Assembly: GCA_043814985.1 (NCBI GenBank) | Contig: JBDRJK010000001.1 | Location: forward strand, 34,436-98,435 | Length of the DNA: 64,000 bases | From: Candidatus Aenigmatarchaeota archaeon | Lineage (GTDB): Archaea > Aenigmatarchaeota > Aenigmatarchaeia > Aenigmatarchaeales > Aenigmatarchaeaceae | Reading direction: 5' to 3' | In this document: one piece after another, positions 38,699 to 46,608 of the stretch | Numbering within the stretch: position 1 is the stretch's first letter | Layout of the letters: each line of letters starts with the position of its first letter | Made by a program: the position numbers and the translations under genes | Notes under the pieces: model-generated | Told to the model about the DNA's origin: nothing | The model's database searches: none | Seen by the model: only the letters and a program-made list of their open reading frames with translations

Positions 38699-39787
38699 TT
38701 AAATGTAATCAGTCTTGTGAAGATACTCACCGATTAGTATTGCACCATCTGCTCCACCTATCCTGGTATTATGCGAACATGTTACAAAAGCTATTTCATC
38801 ATGTACTTTCCTAACTCTACCAACAGACGTTATCATACCTTTACCTGCTTCTGCATCTATTTTAGGCTGCGGTCTGTAAGTCTCATAAATTCCTGAAGTT
38901 GGATCACCAAAAACAACTATTGGCCTTTCTGGTGCAGAGGGGAGTTTAAGCTTTTGAGGCATTCCAGTAAAATTCTTCAGAGCCTTCATGACATCGTCAA
39001 CACTGCATTCCTCTCTGGTCTTCACAAAAACATTTTCCGTATGGCCGTCTTCAACAGGAACCCTATTGCAGGCAGGATATATTCTCATCTCAGCATCAAC
39101 AATTCTCCCGTTTTCATAGCTTCCAAGTATTTTCTTTGTTTCCACATCAACCTTTTCTTCTTCTCCTGGAATGAAAGGAATTACATTGGCTTCCGCAATA
39201 GTTCTGTATACGGAATTTTTTCTTACTCCCTCTTCTCCTGCTCCAGACAATGCCTGCATTGAACCCATGTGCAGTTCTTTAATACCCCAATTGTCATAAA
39301 TAGGCTTGAGCGGCAATACTAAAGTTCTTGTTGTACAGTTTGAAATTGTTGAAAGGCTTTCCCAGCCTCTTTTCTTTTTCTGCGTTCTTACAATCTCAGC
39401 ATGCTCAGGATTGACATGAGGCAAAAGAATAGAAACATCAGAATCAAGTCTGAATGCTGAGGAAGTACTTATCATGTGTGTGTATTCTGCTATTTTTGGT
39501 TCTATCTTTCTGCCTACATCAGCTTCCAAACCAGAAAAGCACAAATCTATTTTATGATTAAATATGTCTTGAGTTGGATAAACTCTCATTTCCAAAATTT
39601 CCTCTGGTATATCTCCATATTCTCTACCCTTTATTGCTTCACCTAACTTTTTTCCTGCAGACCTTTCAGAAGCATAGAGGCCTGCTATTTCGAACCATGG
39701 ATGTTTGTACAAGGACTCTACAAACTGCTGGCCTATCACACCAGTTGCAGCAACTATTCCAACTCTGAGTTTATCCATTATTATCAA
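38699..39787 (-). CDS. asd: Aspartate-semialdehyde dehydrogenase (archaeal type)
   Basis: ATGVIGQ.F, HPWFEI, AS.RSAGK, NCTT, QALSGAG, NVIPFI.GEEEK, RVPV.DGH, HNT..G. Confidence 0.9.
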   Translation of the reverse strand: MIIMDKLRVGIVAATGVIGQQFVESLYKHPWFEIAGLYASERSAGKKLGEAIKGREYGDIPEEILEMRVYPTQDIFNHKIDLCFSGLEADVGRKIEPKIAEYTHMISTSSAFRLDSDVSILLPHVNPEHAEIVRTQKKKRGWESLSTISNCTTRTLVLPLKPIYDNWGIKELHMGSMQALSGAGEEGVRKNSVYRTIAEANVIPFIPGEEEKVDVETKKILGSYENGRIVDAEMRIYPACNRVPVEDGHTENVFVKTREECSVDDVMKALKNFTGMPQKLKLPSAPERPIVVFGDPTSGIYETYRPQPKIDAEAGKGMITSVGRVRKVHDEIAFVTCSHNTRIGGADGAILIGEYLHKTDYI

Positions 39788-39843
39788 AGAACTAATAGTA
39801 AGAAAAGGATTTAAGTTTTATTTCTTATAAGGCCGAAAATAAT

Positions 39844-40119
39844 CTAATCCTTCTTATCCCAGAACTTCTCTGCTTCCTTTTCCATCTTGTACAATCGTGT
39901 GTAGTAGTCAGGGAACTCGTTCAAGTGAGCCAAAGCAATCTTGCCTGTCACAAGAGGATCGTCATCACTCACATTGGTGTTAGCATCAACCAAACCATGT
40001 TCTAGTTCTACATCCATTCCCATCCTGAGTTGCTCGATATCAAACTTGGTCCAGTCGATTCCCAGCATTTCCCCAACTCTTCTAGCTTCTTCAGCAGTAA
40101 AAACTTTTTGACTAGTCAT
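39844..40119 (-). CDS. DUF5661-like small protein
   Basis: GMDVELEHG, KIALAHLNEFPDYYTRL. Confidence 0.8.
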   Translation of the reverse strand: MTSQKVFTAEEARRVGEMLGIDWTKFDIEQLRMGMDVELEHGLVDANTNVSDDDPLVTGKIALAHLNEFPDYYTRLYKMEKEAEKFWDKKD

Positions 40120-40143
40120 AAAAGAATTATAGAAGCTCAGAAC

Positions 40144-40896
40144 TTATATAACATGGGCCTTCTGCCAGAACTGCTCGAACTTGTCCTTATAATCTGTCTT
40201 ACAATTCAGGAACCAGATGCCTTTCTCGTTCTGGTCAATTGTCATGCCATGCTTCTCGTCAGCAACTATCAGATACGGCAAAGCCCTTCCAAGCCTCATA
40301 TCAATGTCTATCTTCTTCAGCTTCTCCTTCATTGGCGGGAACATCTCAGCCGCGATTATCCTTATCTTGACGCCCCTCTCAACAGCCCTTTTAATCGCCT
40401 CAAGAAGAACAATGTCGTCATAGAACTTGTCTGTTGTAACAAGTATCTCATCATTGGCAAGATCGAAAAGCAAAGCTGCCCTTCTAACGAAATCCCCCTC
40501 GTACTGCTCGTAGGCCTTCTCACCCTGCCATATGCTCTTTCCCCTTGTCTCGAGAAAATCGTCATAGGTCTCTTCTAATTTACCAAATAATTCCTTTAAT
40601 CGTAAGTAATCTTTGCCAACATAGCTCATTATTCTTGGGAAGGGATTAGTGGACATGGTCAACCAGAATACCTTGTTCTTGTCCTGTCCGGATTCTACCA
40701 GCCCCTTCTTCTCCAGAGAGTAAAGATACTTGTAGGCATTGGTAACAGAAATATTAACTTCATTTGCAATGAGGTTCGCGCTTGCCTTTATCATGTCCCT
40801 GTTAGTTAACTTAAGCATAGCCCTAATAATCCTTATTTCCAAATCGTCAAACTGCTTGCTATCTTTGAGCATTGAGCAAAACTCATTTGTGTCCAT
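40144..40896 (-). CDS. TrmB-family transcriptional regulator
   Basis: N-terminal wHTH (AYKYLYSLEKKGLV) and C-terminal TrmB-like domain (A..EIL, RAVERGVKIRII, F..FW..A). Confidence 0.8.
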   Translation of the reverse strand: MDTNEFCSMLKDSKQFDDLEIRIIRAMLKLTNRDMIKASANLIANEVNISVTNAYKYLYSLEKKGLVESGQDKNKVFWLTMSTNPFPRIMSYVGKDYLRLKELFGKLEETYDDFLETRGKSIWQGEKAYEQYEGDFVRRAALLFDLANDEILVTTDKFYDDIVLLEAIKRAVERGVKIRIIAAEMFPPMKEKLKKIDIDMRLGRALPYLIVADEKHGMTIDQNEKGIWFLNCKTDYKDKFEQFWQKAHVI

Positions 40897-41012
40897 AGAT
40901 AACTTATGAATCTTGTGATTTAAATTTATATTGTCTCTTATAAAATATAGGGCATAAAGAAATAGAAAAACATATTTAAACTACATCCTATAACTAATTA
41001 GAAAGTGATTTC

Positions 41013-41660
41013 ATGCAAGAAAACGATTTCATAATAGTCAATTATACAGGAAAGGTCAAGGAAACTAACAAGGAGTTTGACAAGGCTGACAATGCTCCAA
41101 TGATTATAAAGACAGGTTTTGTGCTGAAAGGACTGGAACAGCCTCTGAGACTGATGAAATTAGGCGAGAAAAAAACAATAGAAGTTAATTCAGAGAATGC
41201 CTTTGGAAAGAGGGACTTCAAGCTTATCAAGCTGGTTCCATTAGGAGAATTCAGAAAGCACGGGACAAAGCCAGTTCCTGGAATGTTCGTAGAGGCAGAC
41301 AACAGGAGAGGAAAGGTGGTATCTGTTTCTGGCGGAAGGGTCAGGGTTGACTTCAACCATCCATTGGCAGGAAAAACTTTACTATATAATATAGAAATAA
41401 AGAAGAAGATAGAGACTCCCGAGGACAAGATAAAGACTCTGGTACAAATCTACACGAAAGTTGACAAGGCCAAACTTAATGTCATAATCAAAGAGAAGCA
41501 GGTTGACATTGATGTTCCCCCCATGATAAATTCCCTGTTCAAGAAAAGGATTTCTGACGACATCATGAAGATAATGGGAATGGAAAAGGTAAGGTTCATC
41601 GAGACTTTCGAGAAACCAAAGCAAGAAACTGAAAAACCTAAAGAAGAAGTTAAAAAATAG
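41013..41660 (+). CDS. FKBP-type peptidyl-prolyl isomerase (long archaeal SlyD-like)
   Basis: VNYTG, AFGKR, VDFNHPLAGKTL. Confidence 0.93.
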   Translation: MQENDFIIVNYTGKVKETNKEFDKADNAPMIIKTGFVLKGLEQPLRLMKLGEKKTIEVNSENAFGKRDFKLIKLVPLGEFRKHGTKPVPGMFVEADNRRGKVVSVSGGRVRVDFNHPLAGKTLLYNIEIKKKIETPEDKIKTLVQIYTKVDKAKLNVIIKEKQVDIDVPPMINSLFKKRISDDIMKIMGMEKVRFIETFEKPKQETEKPKEEVKK

Positions 41661-41735
41661 AATTATATTTCACTTTATAACACACTACTTAATTATAAAT
41701 TGTTTAGTTCTCTAAAATATTACAAGGGTTTTTTA

Positions 41736-42815
41736 ATGGCAGTTAGAAGTATAGCAGGTAGGGAAAAAATTTCTGATACAGACGAAGATTTGAGGAAGTT
41801 GTTGGAAGCAAGAAAGGCAGACATAAAGGTCATAGGAGTCGGAGGAGCTGGAAACAACACTATTTCTAGAATGATGCAAGTCGGTATTGTTGGCGCGCAG
41901 ATATTGGCAGCAAACACTGACGCCCAAGATTTGCTATACACTGATGCAGACGAGAAAGTTCTTTTGGGAAAGGACCTGACAAGAGGTTTGGGAGCAGGTG
42001 CTGATCCGAAAGTCGGATGCGAATCCGCAAGGGAGAGCAGGGAAATGATAAAGGAAGTTTTGCAAGGCGGGGACATGGTCTTCATCACATGTGGATTAGG
42101 TGGCGGAACTGGAACAGGAGCCTCGCCAGTAATTGCGGAGATTGCAAAGAAGATGGGATTACTGACTGTTGGCGTTGTGACCTTGCCGTTCACAATGGAA
42201 GGCAAGCAGAGAATGGAAAATGCAAGGTACGGCCTGGAAGAACTGGAAAAGAACGTTGACACATTAATAGTAATACCAAACGACAAGCTTCTGGAGATTG
42301 TACCTGATGTTTCAATTGTTACAGCATTCAAGATTTGTGACGAGATCCTTGTCAACGCAGTCAAGGGTGTGACAGAACTGGTAACCAAACCAGGTTTAGT
42401 CAACCTAGACTTCGCAGACATAAGGGCTGTAATGACTGCTGGCGGATTGGCAATGATCGGCCTGGGAGAATCCAACACAGAGAACAGGGCATTGGAAGCT
42501 GTTGAAAAGGCTTTGAACAACCCGTTGCTTGATGTTGAGATTGATGGAGCATGCGGAGCATTGGTGAATGTCAGCGGCGGAACAGACGTCACAATAAAGG
42601 AGTGCCAAGAGATAGTGGAGGCAATATCAGCAAAGATATCACCTGACGCAAAGATTATTTGGGGAGCACAGATAGAGAAGGACATGGGTGAAATGGTAAG
42701 GGCCTTGATAATAGTGACCGGAGTGAAGGCATCCCAACTGTACGGAACTGGAACTTTCTTTTCAACAGAAAAGCAACAGCAAATAGAAAAGATACTTGGA
42801 ATAGAATTTGTCTGA
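41736..42815 (+). CDS. ftsZ: Cell division protein FtsZ
   Basis: GVGGAGNN, NTDAQDL, GLGGGTGTG, PNDKLL, NLDFAD. Confidence 0.98.
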   Translation: MAVRSIAGREKISDTDEDLRKLLEARKADIKVIGVGGAGNNTISRMMQVGIVGAQILAANTDAQDLLYTDADEKVLLGKDLTRGLGAGADPKVGCESARESREMIKEVLQGGDMVFITCGLGGGTGTGASPVIAEIAKKMGLLTVGVVTLPFTMEGKQRMENARYGLEELEKNVDTLIVIPNDKLLEIVPDVSIVTAFKICDEILVNAVKGVTELVTKPGLVNLDFADIRAVMTAGGLAMIGLGESNTENRALEAVEKALNNPLLDVEIDGACGALVNVSGGTDVTIKECQEIVEAISAKISPDAKIIWGAQIEKDMGEMVRALIIVTGVKASQLYGTGTFFSTEKQQQIEKILGIEFV

Positions 42816-42886
42816 TAGCAAAGGAAAAGCTTAGATAAACATTTAAATACTATTCAGTATAATAGAAAATAGTTCTAGGTGCTAAC

Positions 42887-43144
42887 ATGGAAGAGGCTAA
42901 TGAATCAAAACAGCAGGAAAAGGCTAGCCATAAGGCTAAGAAAATAGACAAGCCCAAAGGACCTGGTTTATTCACTAAACTAAAAAACAAGATAGCACAG
43001 TTCAAGCGTGTTGTAAGCATAGCCAGGAAACCAGAGAAGGAGGAGTTCATCTCTTCTGTCAAGATAACTGGAACTGGAATGGCATTGATCGGAGTGATAG
43101 GCTTTATAATATTTCTCCTATATTTTCTAGTAAGGTCTTTGTGA
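42887..43144 (+). CDS. secE: Protein translocase SecE/Sec61 gamma
   Basis: RV..IARKP.KEEF....KITG.G...IG.IGF. Confidence 0.93.
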   Translation: MEEANESKQQEKASHKAKKIDKPKGPGLFTKLKNKIAQFKRVVSIARKPEKEEFISSVKITGTGMALIGVIGFIIFLLYFLVRSL

Positions 43145-43148
43145 TATT

Positions 43149-43598
43149 ATGATTTACACTGTAAGGACAACTGTCGGCAGGGAAAACGCGGTCATTGAGA
43201 CATTGACAAGAAAGATAAAGTGTAGGACACTGGACATAAGAACGGTCTTCCATCCAGGCGAATTGAAAGGCTACATATTCGTGGAAGGGGGGGAGGAGGA
43301 CATAGACACCATAATAAAGGCTGTCCCGCATGTCAAAGGCCTAATCAGAAGGGAAGTTAAGATTGATGAAATTAAAAACTTCCTGGAAGTCAAGAAGATT
43401 GAAATCAAGATTAACAGAGGAGATGTTATTGAGGTCACAAGCGGTCCCTTCAAGAACGAAAAGGGCAAGGTGACAAGGGTTGACGAGGCAAAGGAAGAGG
43501 TCACAATAGAACTGCTTGAAGCTGCAATACCAATTCCCATCACAGTTCCAATAGACTCTGTCAGGGTCTTGGAAGCAATTGAGAGTGAAAAGAAATGA
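43149..43598 (+). CDS. spt5: Transcription elongation factor Spt5
   Basis: TTVGRE, LKGYIFVE, KOW GDVIEVTSGPFK. Confidence 0.95.
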   Translation: MIYTVRTTVGRENAVIETLTRKIKCRTLDIRTVFHPGELKGYIFVEGGEEDIDTIIKAVPHVKGLIRREVKIDEIKNFLEVKKIEIKINRGDVIEVTSGPFKNEKGKVTRVDEAKEEVTIELLEAAIPIPITVPIDSVRVLEAIESEKK

Positions 43599-44095
43599 CA
43601 ATAATAAAGGCCGTAATCAAAGCTGGCAAAGCAAGCGCAGCACCACCTTTGGGTCCGTCTTTAGCTGCATTAAAAATGAACACTCAGGATGTTATTAATG
43701 CTATAAATGAGAAGACAAAGGACTTGGAAGGCATGGAGATTCCTGTTACAATAGACGTTGAACCCTCGACAAAGGAGTTCAAGATATCAGTGGGAACGCC
43801 GACTTTAACAGCCCTGATTAGAAAGGAACTGAAGGTCAAGAAGCTATCAAAGGCTCCATTCAATGTTTATGAGAAAGAGGAAGTCAAGGAAGAGTTCAAG
43901 GAAAGCATCAAGTTCGAGCAAATCGTCAAACTAGCCAAGATGAAGATGGATGACATGAAAACAGACGACCTCAAGAACGCTGTCAAGCAAACTGTCTCTT
44001 TCTGTGTGAGTGCTGGAGTCCTTGTAGAGGAAAAAAGGCCCAAAGAGATACTAAAAGAGATTGCAGAAGGCAAATGGGACGAGAAGATTGTCTGA
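43595..44095 (+). CDS. rpl11: 50S ribosomal protein L11
   Basis: GKASAAPPLGPSL, INEKTK...G..IPV; conserved position after spt5. Confidence 0.93.
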   Translation: MTIIKAVIKAGKASAAPPLGPSLAALKMNTQDVINAINEKTKDLEGMEIPVTIDVEPSTKEFKISVGTPTLTALIRKELKVKKLSKAPFNVYEKEEVKEEFKESIKFEQIVKLAKMKMDDMKTDDLKNAVKQTVSFCVSAGVLVEEKRPKEILKEIAEGKWDEKIV

Positions 44096-44144
44096 TTCTA
44101 GCTAAAAATAACCTTTAAATGCTTTTAGAGAGCATTATTTTCTT

Positions 44145-44654
44145 ATGATTTTGTCAAAGATGTTTTTGTTCCTGATTGCAATTACAATAGCAGTATCAGG
44201 CATGCAGATACTGGGATACCAGGTTCTGGAATTGATCATAGTAATGATGGTGGTTGACTTCCTTACACTGGGAGCATTGTTCCATCTGGAAAAGGCCCCT
44301 TCCCTGATAAAGAACAACCCAATAAATGTGGAAGATGACATAGTTCCCAGGCTCAAGAAGATTGACAAGCTTGATGCCATAGAGGAGAACTCCAAAAACA
44401 TACTCAGCCAATTATCTAATTCTGGCTTTGAGGACAAGCTGAAAAAGCAGAGCGACGACATAACCTATCTTTTAGACAAGATGGGGAGGAAGACACTAGA
44501 ACTGGAAGAGAGAATAAACAAGTTCGGAAACGGCCTTTTAGACTCATTAACAAACCTGAACAAAAGGGTAGATGGCCTAGAAAAGACAGACGAGAAAAAC
44601 AACCAATTTTCCTCAAACGAGTTTGTTTATCTGAAAGCAGATGAAAAAGCTTAA
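44145..44654 (+). CDS. Hypothetical 2-TM protein with cytoplasmic coiled coil
   Basis: Two N-terminal hydrophobic helices followed by heptad-like repeats. Confidence 0.7.
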   Translation: MILSKMFLFLIAITIAVSGMQILGYQVLELIIVMMVVDFLTLGALFHLEKAPSLIKNNPINVEDDIVPRLKKIDKLDAIEENSKNILSQLSNSGFEDKLKKQSDDITYLLDKMGRKTLELEERINKFGNGLLDSLTNLNKRVDGLEKTDEKNNQFSSNEFVYLKADEKA

Positions 44655-44679
44655 ATTCTTTTGCAATTAACTGTTTTCT

Positions 44680-44958
44680 ATGGAAAGGTTTTTTTGGATA
44701 ACAATGTTAACTGTAATAGCAGGATTGTTCCAGCTATTATTCTACAAAAGCATAGAATTGACCATAATACTCTTTTCTATTAATTTCATGGTTTTCGGGC
44801 TAGAACTGGCAAGAACAACATCCAAAAGGGGTGTTTTGCTAAAGCTTGAAAGCATAGAAAGGGACCTCAATGACACAGTAAGCAACCTGATTTCCCCCCA
44901 AATAGCCAAAATAGGGGGAAGTAAGAAGGAAATCATAGAGTGGCTGAATAAATTCTAA
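44680..44958 (+). CDS. Hypothetical 2-TM protein with short coiled coil
   Basis: Two hydrophobic helices, KLESIERDL, C-terminal IIEWLNKF. Confidence 0.65.
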   Translation: MERFFWITMLTVIAGLFQLLFYKSIELTIILFSINFMVFGLELARTTSKRGVLLKLESIERDLNDTVSNLISPQIAKIGGSKKEIIEWLNKF

Positions 44959-45012
44959 TACGACAAAAAACTATTTTTCAAGTATATATCTATAGATATT
45001 TGAACTGTCGGG

Positions 45013-45411
45013 CTACTGTCGGAGGCTATAGAACTTTTTTCGACTTAATGTCTTTGATATTGTTAGACCATCATCTTCCATTTGCTTCAGGTATTCATTG
45101 CACCTTGTTCTCGACAGTTTTATGAGTTTACTCAATTGATAGGGAGTGATCTCCCTGTATTTCTGCAGTATCAGCCTGATTGCTTCCTTTGTCTTTACTG
45201 ATACAGTGCGCCTTTGGAGTGTTATGCCGCTTGCCGAGATCACGTCATTGACACTTCTCAAATTCGACTCTATCTTGTCGATTTTCTGGTTTAAACCCTT
45301 TAATCTCTCAATCTCAATTGCTATCTGAGCATAGCGCATGTCCAGCTGCTTCAACAAAGTTTCTATTGAATCCTTCTCTTCATCCTTGGACTTGAAAAAA
45401 GACATAAACAT
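45013..45411 (-). CDS. Coiled-coil + C-terminal winged-HTH DNA-binding protein
   Basis: Heptad region followed by ITPYQLSKLIKLSRTRCNEYLKQMEDDGL...RKKFYSL. Confidence 0.8.
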   Translation of the reverse strand: MFMSFFKSKDEEKDSIETLLKQLDMRYAQIAIEIERLKGLNQKIDKIESNLRSVNDVISASGITLQRRTVSVKTKEAIRLILQKYREITPYQLSKLIKLSRTRCNEYLKQMEDDGLTISKTLSRKKFYSLRQ

Positions 45412-45556
45412 TACTATATTCTTTCATTTTCCTATATTTAAAAATTTTTCGACAGCACTGTTTTTCTCGTATTGTCGGGATTCTGCCTGTTTTTCCTTTT
45501 TAACAGGTTTAATATCATCGACATGAATCTTTTGTTATAAAATCTGGCCAGGTCTG

Positions 45557-45574
45557 TTGTACAATATTGTACAA
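45557..45574. promoter_or_regulatory. Perfect 18-bp palindrome TTGTACAATATTGTACAA, candidate operator
   Basis: Read directly; 11 bp upstream of the ATG at 45586, between divergent HTH genes. Confidence 0.6.
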
Positions 45575-45585
45575 AAGGTTTTTCA

Positions 45586-46608
45586 ATGACAATAAAGGAA
45601 CCTAGAAAAATTATAATCGAAGCTCTGATGAAGAATCCAGAAGGTTTGACACTTCTTTCACTAGCTGAGGTAACTGGATTGCACCGACACACAGCCACCA
45701 AATATGTCCATGAATTGATTGGAGCAGGGGTTGTCTACCAGAGAAGTGTCGGGGCTGCAAAGCTCTGTTATTTGAAGAAAAAAATAGAGACTGAAACTGA
45801 CGAGAAAAGGGTTCTGGATATGCTTAGGAAAAAGAGGAAAGGAAGCGTCCAAATGAAGCTTTTGATTGCTGTGGTTGTCTTGTCGTTCCTGTTGAGCGAA
45901 TCTGTGATCATAGCATATGAGAACAGCTCCTTCATCAACAATACCAACTTCTCGAACACCAGCCCAGTCACATCAAGCCTCAATAATTCTGACTTGAATA
46001 TCAATTTCAATATAACTGAAAATATCAACAGTACACAAAATAGTTCTGTCGAGCCATCGACAAATGAAACTGAGTTTAATAATAATGGAACTGTCGGAGG
46101 AACTAACGGAACATCCCTAAACACTACTAATGAAACAATAGAAGCCCCGATTATTGAAAATACAACCAATGTAACTGAGCCTGTAAATGCTACAGAGGAC
46201 ATTAATCAGACTATAGACCTTAACTTGACTTTTAATGAAACTTTTGAAGAAAATGAAACTGTTTTTGAAAACATAACAGAAATTATTGAAAGCATAACTT
46301 CTGAAATAGGAAATATTACATCTATAGAACCGATTCTTGATGTAAAGTTGCTGTATCCGCAGAAAATAATAAGGGGTGAAAGCCTGGATATAAGAGCTGA
46401 CCTTGAAAACAGCGGTTATTTGGCTAAAAATGTTGTTCTCAACTGGCTGCTACCTGCTGGTTTTAACATGGTTTCTGGGAATATGAGTGAAAATTGCGGG
46501 GATTTGGATACTGGTGGTTCCTGCTATTCAGAGATTAGCGTTATGACTAATCTGACAACAGGCATTGGCCTGAATGAAATAAGAGTTGTGGTTGATTATG
46601 AAGAGTAG
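45586..46608 (+). CDS. Membrane-anchored winged-HTH protein with extracellular N/T/E-rich stalk and C-terminal Ig-like domain
   Basis: N-terminal HTH (GLTLLSLAEVTGLHRHTATKYVHELIGAG), single TM LLIAVVVLSFLL, many NxS/T sequons, beta-sandwich-like C-terminus. Confidence 0.8.
   Translation: MTIKEPRKIIIEALMKNPEGLTLLSLAEVTGLHRHTATKYVHELIGAGVVYQRSVGAAKLCYLKKKIETETDEKRVLDMLRKKRKGSVQMKLLIAVVVLSFLLSESVIIAYENSSFINNTNFSNTSPVTSSLNNSDLNINFNITENINSTQNSSVEPSTNETEFNNNGTVGGTNGTSLNTTNETIEAPIIENTTNVTEPVNATEDINQTIDLNLTFNETFEENETVFENITEIIESITSEIGNITSIEPILDVKLLYPQKIIRGESLDIRADLENSGYLAKNVVLNWLLPAGFNMVSGNMSENCGDLDTGGSCYSEISVMTNLTTGIGLNEIRVVVDYEE

Noticed and set aside
40030..40578. 182-aa plus-strand ORF
   Set aside because: Overlaps the TrmB-like and DUF5661-like genes on the opposite strand; shadow ORF.
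41720..42685. 321-aa minus-strand ORF
   Set aside because: Antisense shadow of ftsZ, with no motif of its own.
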